From: a virus
Length of the DNA stretch: 64,000 nt
IMG/VR virus record: IMGVR_UViG_3300037851_000503
Coordinates: 2,767 to 66,766 of that record
Direction: 5' to 3' (one strand)
Shown here: one piece after another, positions 19,551 through 30,600 of the stretch
Numbering within the stretch: the first letter of the stretch is position 1
How the letters are laid out: each line of letters begins with the position of its first letter
The notes under the pieces: model-generated
The model's input: the letters and a program-made list of their open reading frames with translations, nothing else
Databases searched by the model: none
Told to the model about the DNA's origin: nothing
Translations under genes and position numbers: made by a program

Positions 19551-22500
19551 TTGTTAGATGGCCTGACGCCAGTTATAGCATGGATTTTGGAATTTGTCAA
19601 CATGGCCCAATATATTAGAAAACCTCAAATATTTTTTAAGCGGGGAATGAGTATTTCTCTTCCAGGTGATCGCCTTCCAATGGAATGGTTTCAGTACGTT
19701 CAGAACGTTAGAAGCTATCTGACTGGAGAGTGGCGGCAGCGGCCTGGAATGTCCAGTCTTATTCAGGCCACGGATACTAATCCTATCTATTTCATTGCTA
19801 GGGTTAATGATAATCTGGCTGGAACATTCAGAAGATTCATAGGAACTTCGGGCGGGAATATCTATGTTGACGATGCCGCACATACCGCAGTTTCCCTGGC
19901 TGACTCAGGCTTCAGCGGTAAGAAGTACTCATCCTTAATCTCTAGACCTGATCGCTCTCCTCGTCCTTTCCTATTTGTTGGAAGCGATACCAGGAACTCT
20001 AAGTTTTCTACCCTGGGAGCTAGAACGGAATGGGGGATGGCTGCTCCGCTGGCTGCTGCTAATATTGAAACTCAAGGACTGAACTATGCTCTCATCGATA
20101 ACTGTAATGCCAATACAGGATGGACAGTAACAGGAGGTACGTCTCCTCCTACTGCTACCTCTAGAGTCAACACTACGGTAACAGCTATTCTCTATAATTC
20201 TGGAACGACAGGAATGGCATCTATTGTTCCTGCCTCAGCAGTCAATATAAATGCCGGGATGTTACTAACTGTTACTCAAGTTCCAGGCTCAGCGGAAGAG
20301 ACAGTGGTAGATGAGGTATATCCTGTCCTGCCAACGACCACTATTGCGGCTATCAATTATGACTCTGGATCGACAGGCCCTTGTACTATAGTACTTGCGG
20401 CTCCAGCTTCCGGTCTGGTTAGGAATGTAATCGTTCGTCTTAATGCCAGCGAATATGTTAGGGTTCTTTCCGTCAGTGTAGGACCGGATGGTATTCCCTC
20501 CTTTAGAACCTCAACAGTCGGAACTTTCTCCGCTACTCAATCAGTAACAGGAGCAGCTTCGTTTAGATGTTACTTAGATCTAACTCATAACACTTCTAGT
20601 ACTATTACCAGTAGCTTCCTGTTAGTTACTCCTAGCGCGCCAGGACTTGTTACTGCTCAGAAGACTTCTGCCCTTAATCTGTCCGTAGCTACTATCTCTG
20701 AGGGAGGACTGACTCCTCCCCGTCCTATCCAATCTGAGGACTTCTTCCATATTGGAATTAGAGGGCAGTTCCAATTCCTGACTGAGGTACAGCTTCGATT
20801 CGACGTTGACTCATCCACCAATGACTTTACTCGTAACTATTATTTTATAACTCTGAGGCAACCCGATCTTCAGGGAGTCATTGGTAGAACTCAATCGGGA
20901 ATAACCGCTCAGCAGACTCAGATTCAAAGAGATCAAATCGATGCCTTCGTTAGATCCCAACTTGAGGCTAGAGGATTTCAGCTTAACGAGCAGCAGATAG
21001 ACCAGTTAGGAAATCTATCGAGAGATTTCCTCGACTCAGTTAATGAGGCCGTGGGACAGGGCTTTCTGATTGGGCAAGATAACTCTCCTGTCTCTATCCC
21101 CGGCGATACCGGAGATCAGCAGTGGACGGAGTTGTTTCTTCCAGTCACGGCATTTCAAAGGGTGGGAACGGATGCTACTCGTACCTGGGCTAACGTAGCG
21201 GCCATGCAGATATCCTTCCAAACCACTTCAACGGCTACATACGGCTTTGATGATATGTGGGTCGGAGGTACTCATGGTCCAGATACAAATGAGAAGCCAG
21301 GTTACTTCTATGTCTTCAGGGCCAGGAATACTATTACTGGAAGTAGATCTAATCCCTCTCCTCCTAATAGATCTCCAATTACTACTCGTAGAAGATTAGT
21401 CAATGTAGTTATTCCTACCTATCCTGATGCCCAGGCGGATGTGGTGGATATCTTTAGAATCGGTGGAATCCTCCAAGACTATCACATGATCGGTACAAGC
21501 CCTGTTAATAGTACCTTCAGCGATGATATCTCCGATGAGGTAGCACTAAGGAATCCTATCGTTGAGTTCGATAGATTCAAGCCCTGGCCAAGGGCTGATC
21601 TTCCTAAGACAGGAACTTGTAATGTGATAGGCACAACCGTCATTAGGACAGGAGGAGATACCTTTGATACAGGATGGGTAAGAGGAACTCAGATTATAAT
21701 CAATGGTAGAGTCATGAGTTTCTATACTAATCCTACTTCCACCAGTAGAGTGGAGACGAATGAGAATGGGGGGAACCAAACAGCGGTTAGCTTCTATATC
21801 CCTGAGCCTCAGTTCGATGCTCGTCCTCTGCAAGCTATTTTCGGTCCCTATGCTGGAGCGTCAGGAGAGTTTCTCTTTGGAGTAGGAGATCCAACTAATC
21901 CAGGCTTTCTTTACTGGACGAATGGAAATGATCCTGAGAGTTCCTCTGATACTAATTTCCTTGAGTTGTGTTCACCTTCCGAGAAGTTGATGAACGGGGG
22001 AATCCTTGATGGGATCATTTATGTCCTTAGCGATAGGAGAGGATGGCGGATTCTTCCTTCCTTTGCAGGAGGACAGACGGGAGGATCGTCCGACTTCTAT
22101 GCTCAGGAAACCGCGATGGGTAAAGGACTTGCGGGCCGTTACGGACTTGCGATAGGTAATGCGATCTATATGGTTTCATATGATGGAATATATAGAACCA
22201 GAGGAGATTCGCTCGAAGATCTAACAACTGAAGCCCTTGCCCCACTCTTTAGAAGGGATGGAGCTAATACTTCCTTTGCCGCGCCGGTCAGTCCAATCTC
22301 CTTTGCGACTGCTGACGAGGATGAGATCTCCCTTACCTATTCCTTCGACGGGCTTTACTTCTCTTATCGAGGACAGGATGGAAATAGGTATACATTCTAT
22401 ATGTCCTTTATGACTATGGGATGGGTTCTGGATACGACATCGACCTTCTCTATTATTAAGTCAGGAAGAGAAATTAGATCTCAGGACGCGGATAACGTCC

Positions 22501-23528
22501 TGGTCGGCGCATCTGATGGAAGGCTTCTCCTGAGGAATAGTTCGGTCTTTACCGACAATGGTAATGCGATAGTTTGCAGGGTATGGGATAGAGAAGAGAT
22601 AGGAGATGACATCCGGGCTACTAAGAAGATAGGTGACTATATGCTGGATACTAATCCGGCTGGAGCTACCATCAACTCCACTGCTAGGTATGATAACAAC
22701 ACCTCTTCTGATATACTTGCCGCTGTAACGGGAGTAACAAGAGATCAGTTCACTCTCGATATTCCAGGACTGACCGACCGGACGGTAAGGGGAGTAGCCT
22801 TCGATATTACCTGGAGTAATGGAACCTCTTCCGTTCCATCCGTCTATGCCTGGGAACCCTCGATGCTGATCAAGTCGGAGGAGATCATAAATAGGACTAC
22901 CGACTTTGACAATGGAGGTTATACTGGAACTAAATGGTTGCAGGGATTTAGGTTACGGGGGGATACTCTGGGTCTGTCCAAGTCCTTCCAGATCGAAATA
23001 GATGGCGGGACAGCGATTCCTCAATCATTTACCTTCACGGCGAATGGTGAACAGGTCCAGACTTTCTGGCTTGATAATCCGGTTGTTTGTCATGAGATGA
23101 GGTTGAGGGGAACGGATAGCGATATCTGGAGAGAGATGGGAATCGAATGGATCTATGAGCCGGAACCTGAGATGGCTGCGGTGTGGGAGACTCAGGTTAC
23201 CTCGTTTGATCTTCCCTTCTTCCATCATATGAGAGAGGTAATGATAGCTCATCGTAGTACCAGCGACATCACGATGACCATTACTACCGATGGGGTTACT
23301 AACTCCTATGTTATTCCCAATGGAGCAGGACAGCGAATAAGAACTTATCTTCCTGTTAAGGGAATAAAAGCTAAGTACCATAAATTTAGATTTGAATCTT
23401 CATCTCCTTTCGGCCTTTGGATAAAGGATATCGAATGTAGAGTAGGACCATGGGGAAGGAATGAAGCTTATACTCTCCAGCGTCCCTTTGGAGATATCTC
23501 AAGGGAGAATGGAGGAGCTAGAATATAG
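19551..23528 (+). CDS. Large tail/baseplate or fibre protein (1325 aa; start uncertain, TTG at 19551 or ATG at 19602)
   Basis: Very long ORF, Thr/Ser/Gly-rich; RBS aaggggg before 19551. Confidence 0.4.
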   Translation: MLDGLTPVIAWILEFVNMAQYIRKPQIFFKRGMSISLPGDRLPMEWFQYVQNVRSYLTGEWRQRPGMSSLIQATDTNPIYFIARVNDNLAGTFRRFIGTSGGNIYVDDAAHTAVSLADSGFSGKKYSSLISRPDRSPRPFLFVGSDTRNSKFSTLGARTEWGMAAPLAAANIETQGLNYALIDNCNANTGWTVTGGTSPPTATSRVNTTVTAILYNSGTTGMASIVPASAVNINAGMLLTVTQVPGSAEETVVDEVYPVLPTTTIAAINYDSGSTGPCTIVLAAPASGLVRNVIVRLNASEYVRVLSVSVGPDGIPSFRTSTVGTFSATQSVTGAASFRCYLDLTHNTSSTITSSFLLVTPSAPGLVTAQKTSALNLSVATISEGGLTPPRPIQSEDFFHIGIRGQFQFLTEVQLRFDVDSSTNDFTRNYYFITLRQPDLQGVIGRTQSGITAQQTQIQRDQIDAFVRSQLEARGFQLNEQQIDQLGNLSRDFLDSVNEAVGQGFLIGQDNSPVSIPGDTGDQQWTELFLPVTAFQRVGTDATRTWANVAAMQISFQTTSTATYGFDDMWVGGTHGPDTNEKPGYFYVFRARNTITGSRSNPSPPNRSPITTRRRLVNVVIPTYPDAQADVVDIFRIGGILQDYHMIGTSPVNSTFSDDISDEVALRNPIVEFDRFKPWPRADLPKTGTCNVIGTTVIRTGGDTFDTGWVRGTQIIINGRVMSFYTNPTSTSRVETNENGGNQTAVSFYIPEPQFDARPLQAIFGPYAGASGEFLFGVGDPTNPGFLYWTNGNDPESSSDTNFLELCSPSEKLMNGGILDGIIYVLSDRRGWRILPSFAGGQTGGSSDFYAQETAMGKGLAGRYGLAIGNAIYMVSYDGIYRTRGDSLEDLTTEALAPLFRRDGANTSFAAPVSPISFATADEDEISLTYSFDGLYFSYRGQDGNRYTFYMSFMTMGWVLDTTSTFSIIKSGREIRSQDADNVLVGASDGRLLLRNSSVFTDNGNAIVCRVWDREEIGDDIRATKKIGDYMLDTNPAGATINSTARYDNNTSSDILAAVTGVTRDQFTLDIPGLTDRTVRGVAFDITWSNGTSSVPSVYAWEPSMLIKSEEIINRTTDFDNGGYTGTKWLQGFRLRGDTLGLSKSFQIEIDGGTAIPQSFTFTANGEQVQTFWLDNPVVCHEMRLRGTDSDIWREMGIEWIYEPEPEMAAVWETQVTSFDLPFFHHMREVMIAHRSTSDITMTITTDGVTNSYVIPNGAGQRIRTYLPVKGIKAKYHKFRFESSSPFGLWIKDIECRVGPWGRNEAYTLQRPFGDISRENGGARI

Positions 23529-23538
23529 TGGAGACTTT

Positions 23539-23844
23539 ATGATTACTGCAACTATTTCAATAACTGCTACTGCTACTTCGCTGCGGGATCTGGTAAATAC
23601 CGCTGTCCCCAACAAGTTGCCGGTTCGCTTCTATGGTGGGGCATTTCAGATAATTCTGATTCCATCCGCTGCCACGGTCGTCATCTCCGCTGGGGCTGGC
23701 ACTCCCGGCAACGCTGGAGTTACTCTTCCCCAAACTCCTCCTACTTCCTTTGTCGCTCCGACAGGAAATCAATTATCGGTGGACGATATCTTTCTATCTG
23801 GAGCAGGGACAGAGACAGTAGGTGTCATCATCTTCACTTGGTAG
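23539..23844 (+). CDS. Hypothetical small structural protein
   Basis: ATG 23539 with RBS ggagac, just after the stop of the 1325-aa gene. Confidence 0.3.
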   Translation: MITATISITATATSLRDLVNTAVPNKLPVRFYGGAFQIILIPSAATVVISAGAGTPGNAGVTLPQTPPTSFVAPTGNQLSVDDIFLSGAGTETVGVIIFTW

Positions 23845-23849
23845 AAAGG

Positions 23850-24707
23850 ATGCCATGTCAAACTATACTCGCAATGCCATCGTCTACATCTCCTATGAAG
23901 CGAAGTAGAAGTAACAATCTGTACCTTCCAGGTAACATAGATGGATTGTCTCCAGCAGCTACCAGAGAGGTACAGAACTTATATGATCGGGTCAACTATC
24001 TGACTCAGGAAATGGATAGGATGAAGTCCAACATTCCATCCATGATGACTTCTCTAGCTTCCAAGCAAAATCCGTCCGAAGGTATAATTACTATTCCTTC
24101 TCTAAGGGGCGACGGCTTTATTAGGGTTAGTCAGGATGGAGTCATAGTTAGTTATTCCAGTCCTCCGACAACTGGGGATGGAACATTCTCAGGATTCATA
24201 GTTGGAATCCCTAAGGTTATTCGTCTTGACACTTCTACTGTCAGTAGCGCAGGCGCAGGCCCGGACGTTCTTCATACCTATGATCTTCCACTGGGAACTT
24301 TAGCTAACGATGGAGACTTTTTAGATGTTTGGTATTCCGGCGCTACCGCAACCAACAATAACGATAAGGCTGTTCAAGCGCAGTTCGGAGGAGTTACTTA
24401 TGAGTCGATGGGTGCCTTCGACATCGACGGGCAGGTAGGTTGGGTTATAAATGTTAAGATAGTTCGCCTATCTTCCACGTCGGTGGTGGCATCACATATG
24501 ATGAACTTTAACGTAATAGCCGCTGACTCTGCGGCAGCCGTCACCACATTCGGAGCGAGCGGATTTATGATCTCCAGGAACTCAGTGATTACCGGACTCG
24601 CCAACCTCAACACTACAGCTACTACCATGAGAGTAAGATCTCTTGGAGTTGCGGCAGGAGATGTTTTTCAGAACCTATCTATAATTCGCGTTACCAAGAT
24701 GACTTAA
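23850..24707 (+). CDS. Hypothetical structural protein
   Basis: ATG 23850 with RBS gaaagga (track start 23838 is TTG); 286 aa. Confidence 0.4.
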   Translation: MPCQTILAMPSSTSPMKRSRSNNLYLPGNIDGLSPAATREVQNLYDRVNYLTQEMDRMKSNIPSMMTSLASKQNPSEGIITIPSLRGDGFIRVSQDGVIVSYSSPPTTGDGTFSGFIVGIPKVIRLDTSTVSSAGAGPDVLHTYDLPLGTLANDGDFLDVWYSGATATNNNDKAVQAQFGGVTYESMGAFDIDGQVGWVINVKIVRLSSTSVVASHMMNFNVIAADSAAAVTTFGASGFMISRNSVITGLANLNTTATTMRVRSLGVAAGDVFQNLSIIRVTKMT

Positions 24708-24708
24708 T

Positions 24709-25152
24709 ATGGATAACATAACTATAAAATTTCTAGAGCCGGAACAATATTATCTTCTCGAAGACTTCTGTAAGACTGAGGGGATTCCGATGCTCAATCC
24801 CGATTGGAGTAAGGTAGTAGCCGCGATAGATCTAAACTCTAGTAAAGTAGTGGGAATTATGGTGGCTCAGATGCAAATCCATGTCGAGCCGATCTGGGTT
24901 AAGGAAGACTATAGAAATAAAAAAGTCTCCAACCAACTGGCTGACGCTCTTGATGGATATCTAGATGGGCTGGCCCTATCGTCCGGTCAGCCGATTGGAG
25001 CCTGGGCCAATCCCTCTAATCTGGCTGCCGAGAGAATATGCCGTCTTAGAGGATTCCAACAATGTGCAAATCCAGTGTTTACAAAGACTTACACTGGTGA
25101 TAAACTATCCCAGATAGTTCTGGAACAGGAAGAAAAAGTCAAGGAGGATTAG
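24709..25152 (+). CDS. GNAT-family acetyltransferase-like protein
   Basis: VKEDYRNKKVSNQLADAL resembles GNAT motif A (acetyl-CoA pyrophosphate loop); 147 aa. Confidence 0.35.
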   Translation: MDNITIKFLEPEQYYLLEDFCKTEGIPMLNPDWSKVVAAIDLNSSKVVGIMVAQMQIHVEPIWVKEDYRNKKVSNQLADALDGYLDGLALSSGQPIGAWANPSNLAAERICRLRGFQQCANPVFTKTYTGDKLSQIVLEQEEKVKED

Positions 25153-25156
25153 AGTT

Positions 25157-26275
25157 ATGGCCTCGGCTATTCCGGCAGCAATTGGAGTGGGCTCAAGTTT
25201 GGTCGGTGGGATCTCCGGTAAGGGAGCCGCCAAGGAACAGCGGAAGCTTGCCGAGCGTCAGCTTGCAATGCTCCAGCCCTTGATCAATGCCCAGATTCAG
25301 GCATCGCAGTTTGGACTTGATCAAGCTAGACAACTCTATGGTCCTGCTGCCCAAATGTTTCAGCAGACCTATGATACTGCCCTTGCGGATAGGGATACCG
25401 CGATGGGAGGATACAACCGATTCCTTGAAGATGCCTTTGCCAAAGAGGGAGAGCTTTATGGTGAAGGGAGAAGTCTTAGTGCACAAGGAAGAGGAATCCT
25501 CACAGGCGCACAGCCCTATCTGCAAGGAGCAGCTACAGCCCTTTCGGATCTTCAACGTTTCTATCGTCCCTTTATGGATAGCGGACAGAGAGCTATCGAT
25601 GCTTTCCTGCCCTCAGCTTCCAGGATAGGAGAGGTCTATGCGTCTGACTTTGGGAATGTGAACCAGGGTTATAGATCCGCATCTGAGAATATTGCAAGAT
25701 TCGCTCCTAGGGGTGGAGGTAGAGTGTCTACCCTAGCTAGGATGGATATCGATAGGCAGAAGCAAATCTCGGATATCTTCTTTCAGGGAAAGAATAATCT
25801 AAGGGATCTTGCCTTGGGCAAGGCATTCGAGGGAGCAGCAGGAACTCAGAATGTAAGTAATGCTCTTCAAAGTCTGGGATTAGGACAGGGACAGCTAGGA
25901 CTGGGAACTATCGGGCAGGGACTCGCTACCTCAGATCTGGGTAGGAACTTCCTATCGACAGGAGGACAGCTAGCTCAGAATGCCTATGGACAGGGGCTCC
26001 AAGCGCTAGGACTGGGAATCAACTCAGCGCAAGGAACAGGCAATCTTGCAACTACAGGTCTTCAGCTCGGATTGAGCGGAGGTCAGGGGCCTTATAGTTT
26101 ATATAATCAGCAGAACCAACAGGCATTTAACTCTACCTTTGGAGGGAGTGGAGGAGACGGCAAGGGTCTTGGAGGTTATCTGGTAGATCTGTTTAACAAC
26201 AAGTCTATTCAAAATAAAATCAATGATATCTTTGGTGTAAATCCCGCTAATACCAGACCTCGTACCGTCAGTTAA
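25157..26275 (+). CDS. Gly/Gln-rich hypothetical virion protein
   Basis: LGLGQGQLGLGTIGQGL repeats. Confidence 0.35.
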   Translation: MASAIPAAIGVGSSLVGGISGKGAAKEQRKLAERQLAMLQPLINAQIQASQFGLDQARQLYGPAAQMFQQTYDTALADRDTAMGGYNRFLEDAFAKEGELYGEGRSLSAQGRGILTGAQPYLQGAATALSDLQRFYRPFMDSGQRAIDAFLPSASRIGEVYASDFGNVNQGYRSASENIARFAPRGGGRVSTLARMDIDRQKQISDIFFQGKNNLRDLALGKAFEGAAGTQNVSNALQSLGLGQGQLGLGTIGQGLATSDLGRNFLSTGGQLAQNAYGQGLQALGLGINSAQGTGNLATTGLQLGLSGGQGPYSLYNQQNQQAFNSTFGGSGGDGKGLGGYLVDLFNNKSIQNKINDIFGVNPANTRPRTVS

Positions 26276-26284
26276 GGAGGAGAT

Positions 26285-27667
26285 GTGGCTAGAGGAGAAT
26301 TTCTAAAAGACCTATCAGAAGGAATCTTTGGAAGACTATCTGAACTGAGTAAAGAGCAGCAAGTCAGGGACGATCAAAAGAAGCAGCAAACTCTTTCATT
26401 CCTATCTTCCCTTGCTGATAAGGTAGAGCCTGAGTCTCTTCCTCTCCTAATGCAGCAGATAGGAGATGTTGCCGGCATGAAAGGGAAGCTGCGAGGTTTC
26501 TGGGATGCCTTCTCTGGAATGCCTAATAGAAGTGTCGAGGATCAGCTAGGAACGAAAATGAGAGAACTTAGTGATTCTCTCATCGGTCCTGATACTGCTA
26601 GACTGTCTAGGGAAAGCAACCTTCAACAACTTCTACAACCCTATCGGCAACAGAAGTCCCGCCCTCGTTCGGTAGAGGCTCTACCTGGACCTCCTGAACT
26701 ACAGGGCAAGATGATCTTCAGAGATCCCAGGAGAGAAAAGCTTCAGGAACTTGAGGAGAGATACTCAGCGCAGGCACAGATAGCTGCTGATAGGCAAGCT
26801 CTCGGCAGCTATTATCAGTCGATGAGGCAGGAAGATCAACAGAAGTTCCAGAAAGAACTGGCTGAGTACAAGTCTGAACTCAAGGCTAAAGAGGATATCG
26901 ATGCTAGAGCCCAGATATTAGCCAACAAGTTAGGATTCGTGGAACCTAATAAGGCTATCAAGATGCAAGCTGCCCAGGAATTGGCAAGGGAACAGGGATG
27001 GAGTAACGATCAGACCAGGGCTAGAACCTCATATCTTCAGGCTAGGACTGACGAGTCTCGGGCAATGGCTAACTCAGTTCAGAAATCTGGAGGGCTAACT
27101 CCCAGCCAACAGGTTAATGTTGAGGATAGAAGAAGGGAGGCGGCTAGAAGCTTGAAGGGAGCCTTCGATAAAGCCATGGCTCGCAGGGCTGAAGCTAAAA
27201 AGATCATGAATGATATTACTGCCTTCATTGAATCCGATTTAGCCAAGAGAGGTAGTGGAGTTAAATTTGATCCAGCGACAGGATCTCTCATTACCGATCC
27301 TAAAGATCCAGATAGCGGAATTATGCGGTATAGATATCAGACTCAACTGGAACAGTACAATAAGGCTGCGGCTGATCTTGCGGGTGCGGAGACTGAGGCT
27401 AAGGGACAGTGGGGAAATCTAAGAACCTTCCCTTATAGTAAATACTATAAGCCTGGAAAGGAATTTACCGATCCGGTTAGTGAGATCGATGCTGAGAGAA
27501 CTTCGACTGGGACCGCAACTCCGGGAGCTAAGATCCAAATCCCTGCTAGAGAAGGAGTAACATATAATAAGGGTCAGTGGGTTAGTTATGGAGGTAGACG
27601 ATACGTAGTCATTGAGGTTCAGTCTGATGGTACAACTATTGCGGTTCCTTGGAAGAAAGGAATGTAA
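26285..27667 (+). CDS. Hypothetical protein, charged coiled-coil
   Basis: GTG start after RBS taaggaggag; 460 aa. Confidence 0.35.
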   Translation: MARGEFLKDLSEGIFGRLSELSKEQQVRDDQKKQQTLSFLSSLADKVEPESLPLLMQQIGDVAGMKGKLRGFWDAFSGMPNRSVEDQLGTKMRELSDSLIGPDTARLSRESNLQQLLQPYRQQKSRPRSVEALPGPPELQGKMIFRDPRREKLQELEERYSAQAQIAADRQALGSYYQSMRQEDQQKFQKELAEYKSELKAKEDIDARAQILANKLGFVEPNKAIKMQAAQELAREQGWSNDQTRARTSYLQARTDESRAMANSVQKSGGLTPSQQVNVEDRRREAARSLKGAFDKAMARRAEAKKIMNDITAFIESDLAKRGSGVKFDPATGSLITDPKDPDSGIMRYRYQTQLEQYNKAAADLAGAETEAKGQWGNLRTFPYSKYYKPGKEFTDPVSEIDAERTSTGTATPGAKIQIPAREGVTYNKGQWVSYGGRRYVVIEVQSDGTTIAVPWKKGM

Positions 27668-27670
27668 GAT

Positions 27671-30600
27671 ATGGATGAGATGATTTGGGTCAATCCTGAT
27701 GAAGTGGAGGTTGAGGTTCAGCCTACGACTCCTTCTCGTCCAAAGAAAAAGACTCCTCCAACAATTCCCACTAAACCCGTAGGAGATTCTTCTTTATCCC
27801 TAGTTCCATTCGTAACTCCTGAGAGCCTAGTAAAATCAGCTATCTCAGCGTCCCCGCCTCCTAAGCAACCTGAGCGTATTAGGGAGAGACGTAAAGAGAC
27901 TGAGATCATTCAGGACCTTGCCTCCACTGGAAAGATAAGTCAGGAAGAGAAAAGTAGACTGGTTCAGCCTAAGAGAATAACTGGCCGTCCTCTTCAAAGG
28001 GAGGAGCCGGATGTTACCGATATTGCTATCGAGGTAGGAAGAGGATTAGGTAGGACCATAGGTACTACTGCTACTGAGATTCCCAGAGGAGTGGGAGCTA
28101 CTTTAGATTTGCTGAGTGGATTAGCATATCCAGGACAGGAATTCAAGACTGAACGTTACTTGGGGAAACTATCTGACATTGGGACTAAGGCTGTTGAGGA
28201 AGCTACTCCTCTTGATCCTCAGTTTGATCAGAGCTTTCTAGTTAGAGATATCCCTTCCGCCTTTGGATCTGCTGTTACTTTCCTGGCTGGAGGAATGGTA
28301 GGTAAGGCTCTTAAGGTTCCCTCTCTTCTCTCAACGGCGGGTTTGGGTGGAGTGATCAATGTTGCTGAGGTAGCTAAGGAAGCAGACACGATGGGGATCG
28401 ATCCCTCTCGTAGGAAGCTTGCCGTCGCTGCTGCCCTTGGAAGTGGAATAACCGAAGCCGCTGGATTGGGAAGAGCCCTTGATAAGTTTGGACTAAAGCA
28501 GCCGTTCACTAGAAGGATGATAGAGATAGCTGAAGAGGGAGGACAGGAAGCGCTTCAACAGTGGCTTAATAATCTCAATGCTATCTTTGTTGGAGGTTAT
28601 GATCAGGATAGAGATAGCCTTGAAGGAGTGCTAAAGGGCGCTATCCTTGGAGGAGTAGTCGGCGGCGGATTCCAAGGACTATCATTGGCGAAGGAAACTA
28701 AGGATAGACTTGTCAGTAGACGACAGGAGAAGGAAACTCCCACTGAAGAGGTAGGAGTTCCTAGACCTCGGGCACCTCAAGCTATTGACCAACTTATTCT
28801 AAATGAGAGTAAGACTCTGGAGGATAATAAAGCTAGACTTAAGAATGCCACTGCTGCGGGTCTTCAACCTGAGGTAGAAAGGCTCAAGGGTCTTGTTGAG
28901 AGAAGTAAGAAAGTCATAACTGATTATTATTCTGCTTCTGAAATATCCGATCAACTATCTAACACCTATGAGTTCTTCCCTTCTCAGAAAGAAGGGCAGA
29001 GTCCTTACTTGGTTATTCCCAACTGGATGGCTGCGGCTATAAGTAATCCTGGTCAGACAATGGGATCCCGTGGAGTCACGGTTAATCCTCAGAATATTGA
29101 GGAAGTCAAGGCAGATATTATTAAGTATGCTCCATCCCTTGAGTATGGTAACAGTGCTATAGCAGCCTTGGATGAAGCTATGGCCAGGGCTAATCAGCAA
29201 GCTCTCTCCACCGTTGCCCTGGTCAATAGGGATGGTATTCTAATCGGACTTGGAAAGGAGACTCCTTCTCATGAGACTTTACACGTTGGACAGTATACTG
29301 CCGCGTTAGCAGGTAATAAGGAGATTACCTCTCTTCATTCTCCCGATTGGGCTACCAACAATCCTTATATCAGGAGGATGCTCGATACAGCCGAGCGCAC
29401 ATTTGTTGAGCCCATACTGGTTCCTGAAATCAGAGATGAGGATTTACTGGCAGTAGAACTACCTGCTTATATTATGAGCGGTCACTCTACTAAGTTCTTT
29501 GATTCTACCGGAGAAGCCATCGACTTTGTGATGGCTTACTTTGAGAATGTGCTGAAGACAAGTGGAGTTGATGCACTCAATACTATCGATAAGTCTACTC
29601 TCCTCATTCCTGAAAGAGAGGATATTATTCCTCTAGTTAGGAGTATGTATGAAACCTGGATCAGGGAAAAGATCGATGATGGAACTCTCAAATTTGAACA
29701 AGGATATAGGCTCCTTAAATCTCTCACTCCTCGCTCGAACGTTGCGAGAGTTGCTCCAAGCGGGCCTTCCCAGGGACCAAGCTCTGTTACAGGTCAGGGA
29801 ACTGGCGGAACTGTTGGAAATCAAGAGCAGGCTCCAGTCTCAAGAGATCTCAGAGACTACAATCTAGATAGATTTCTTGAAGGTTCGTCGGTTAGCTTTC
29901 CTGTTTATCATGGAACTAACGCAAATGTTGACTTTGATACCTTCTCTAAATCAGGAGATCTAGGCTTTCACTTTGGTACGGAGGAAGCAGCTAATAGAAG
30001 ATTGGAGAATACCGCTAAGTCGATTGATCCTACTCTCTATCCTTTAGGAGAGCCAAGATCTGAGTTGGATGCTACCTATGGACCGGATGCCAGAGTTGGA
30101 TCTTACTATCTCAGCCTTAAGAATCCTCTTAAGGTGCCTGACATCTTTCTTACTTTAGAGACTGCTGTAAAGTACCTTGCGGATAATGGCTATATAAAGC
30201 TGACTCCAGAGCTTGCGCAGGATGTCTTCTCCTTTAGCACGTTTAATAGGCAGGATGAATCTAGAAAGAAGATTCAAGATGAGGTTTATAGACAGTTAGA
30301 AGCTAAGGGTTATGATGGGTTTGAATATGTAAATGACGTTGAAGGAACCGATAAATCTACTTCATACGTCGTATTTCGACCTAACCAAATCAAATCCGCT
30401 ATAGGGAATGTTGGAACCTTCGATTCCTCAGAGAAGAGTTTCATGAAGGCCGAGCACCTAAGTCGATATGAATCTGAGGCTAGAAGAATGGCCAAAGAGA
30501 ATGGCCTCGACTGGAATCAAATGGCCTCGTACGATAAGGCCACCTATATTGATGAAGCTAGAAAGATATATGAAAGAGGAAGAGAGGAAGCTCCAGAGTT

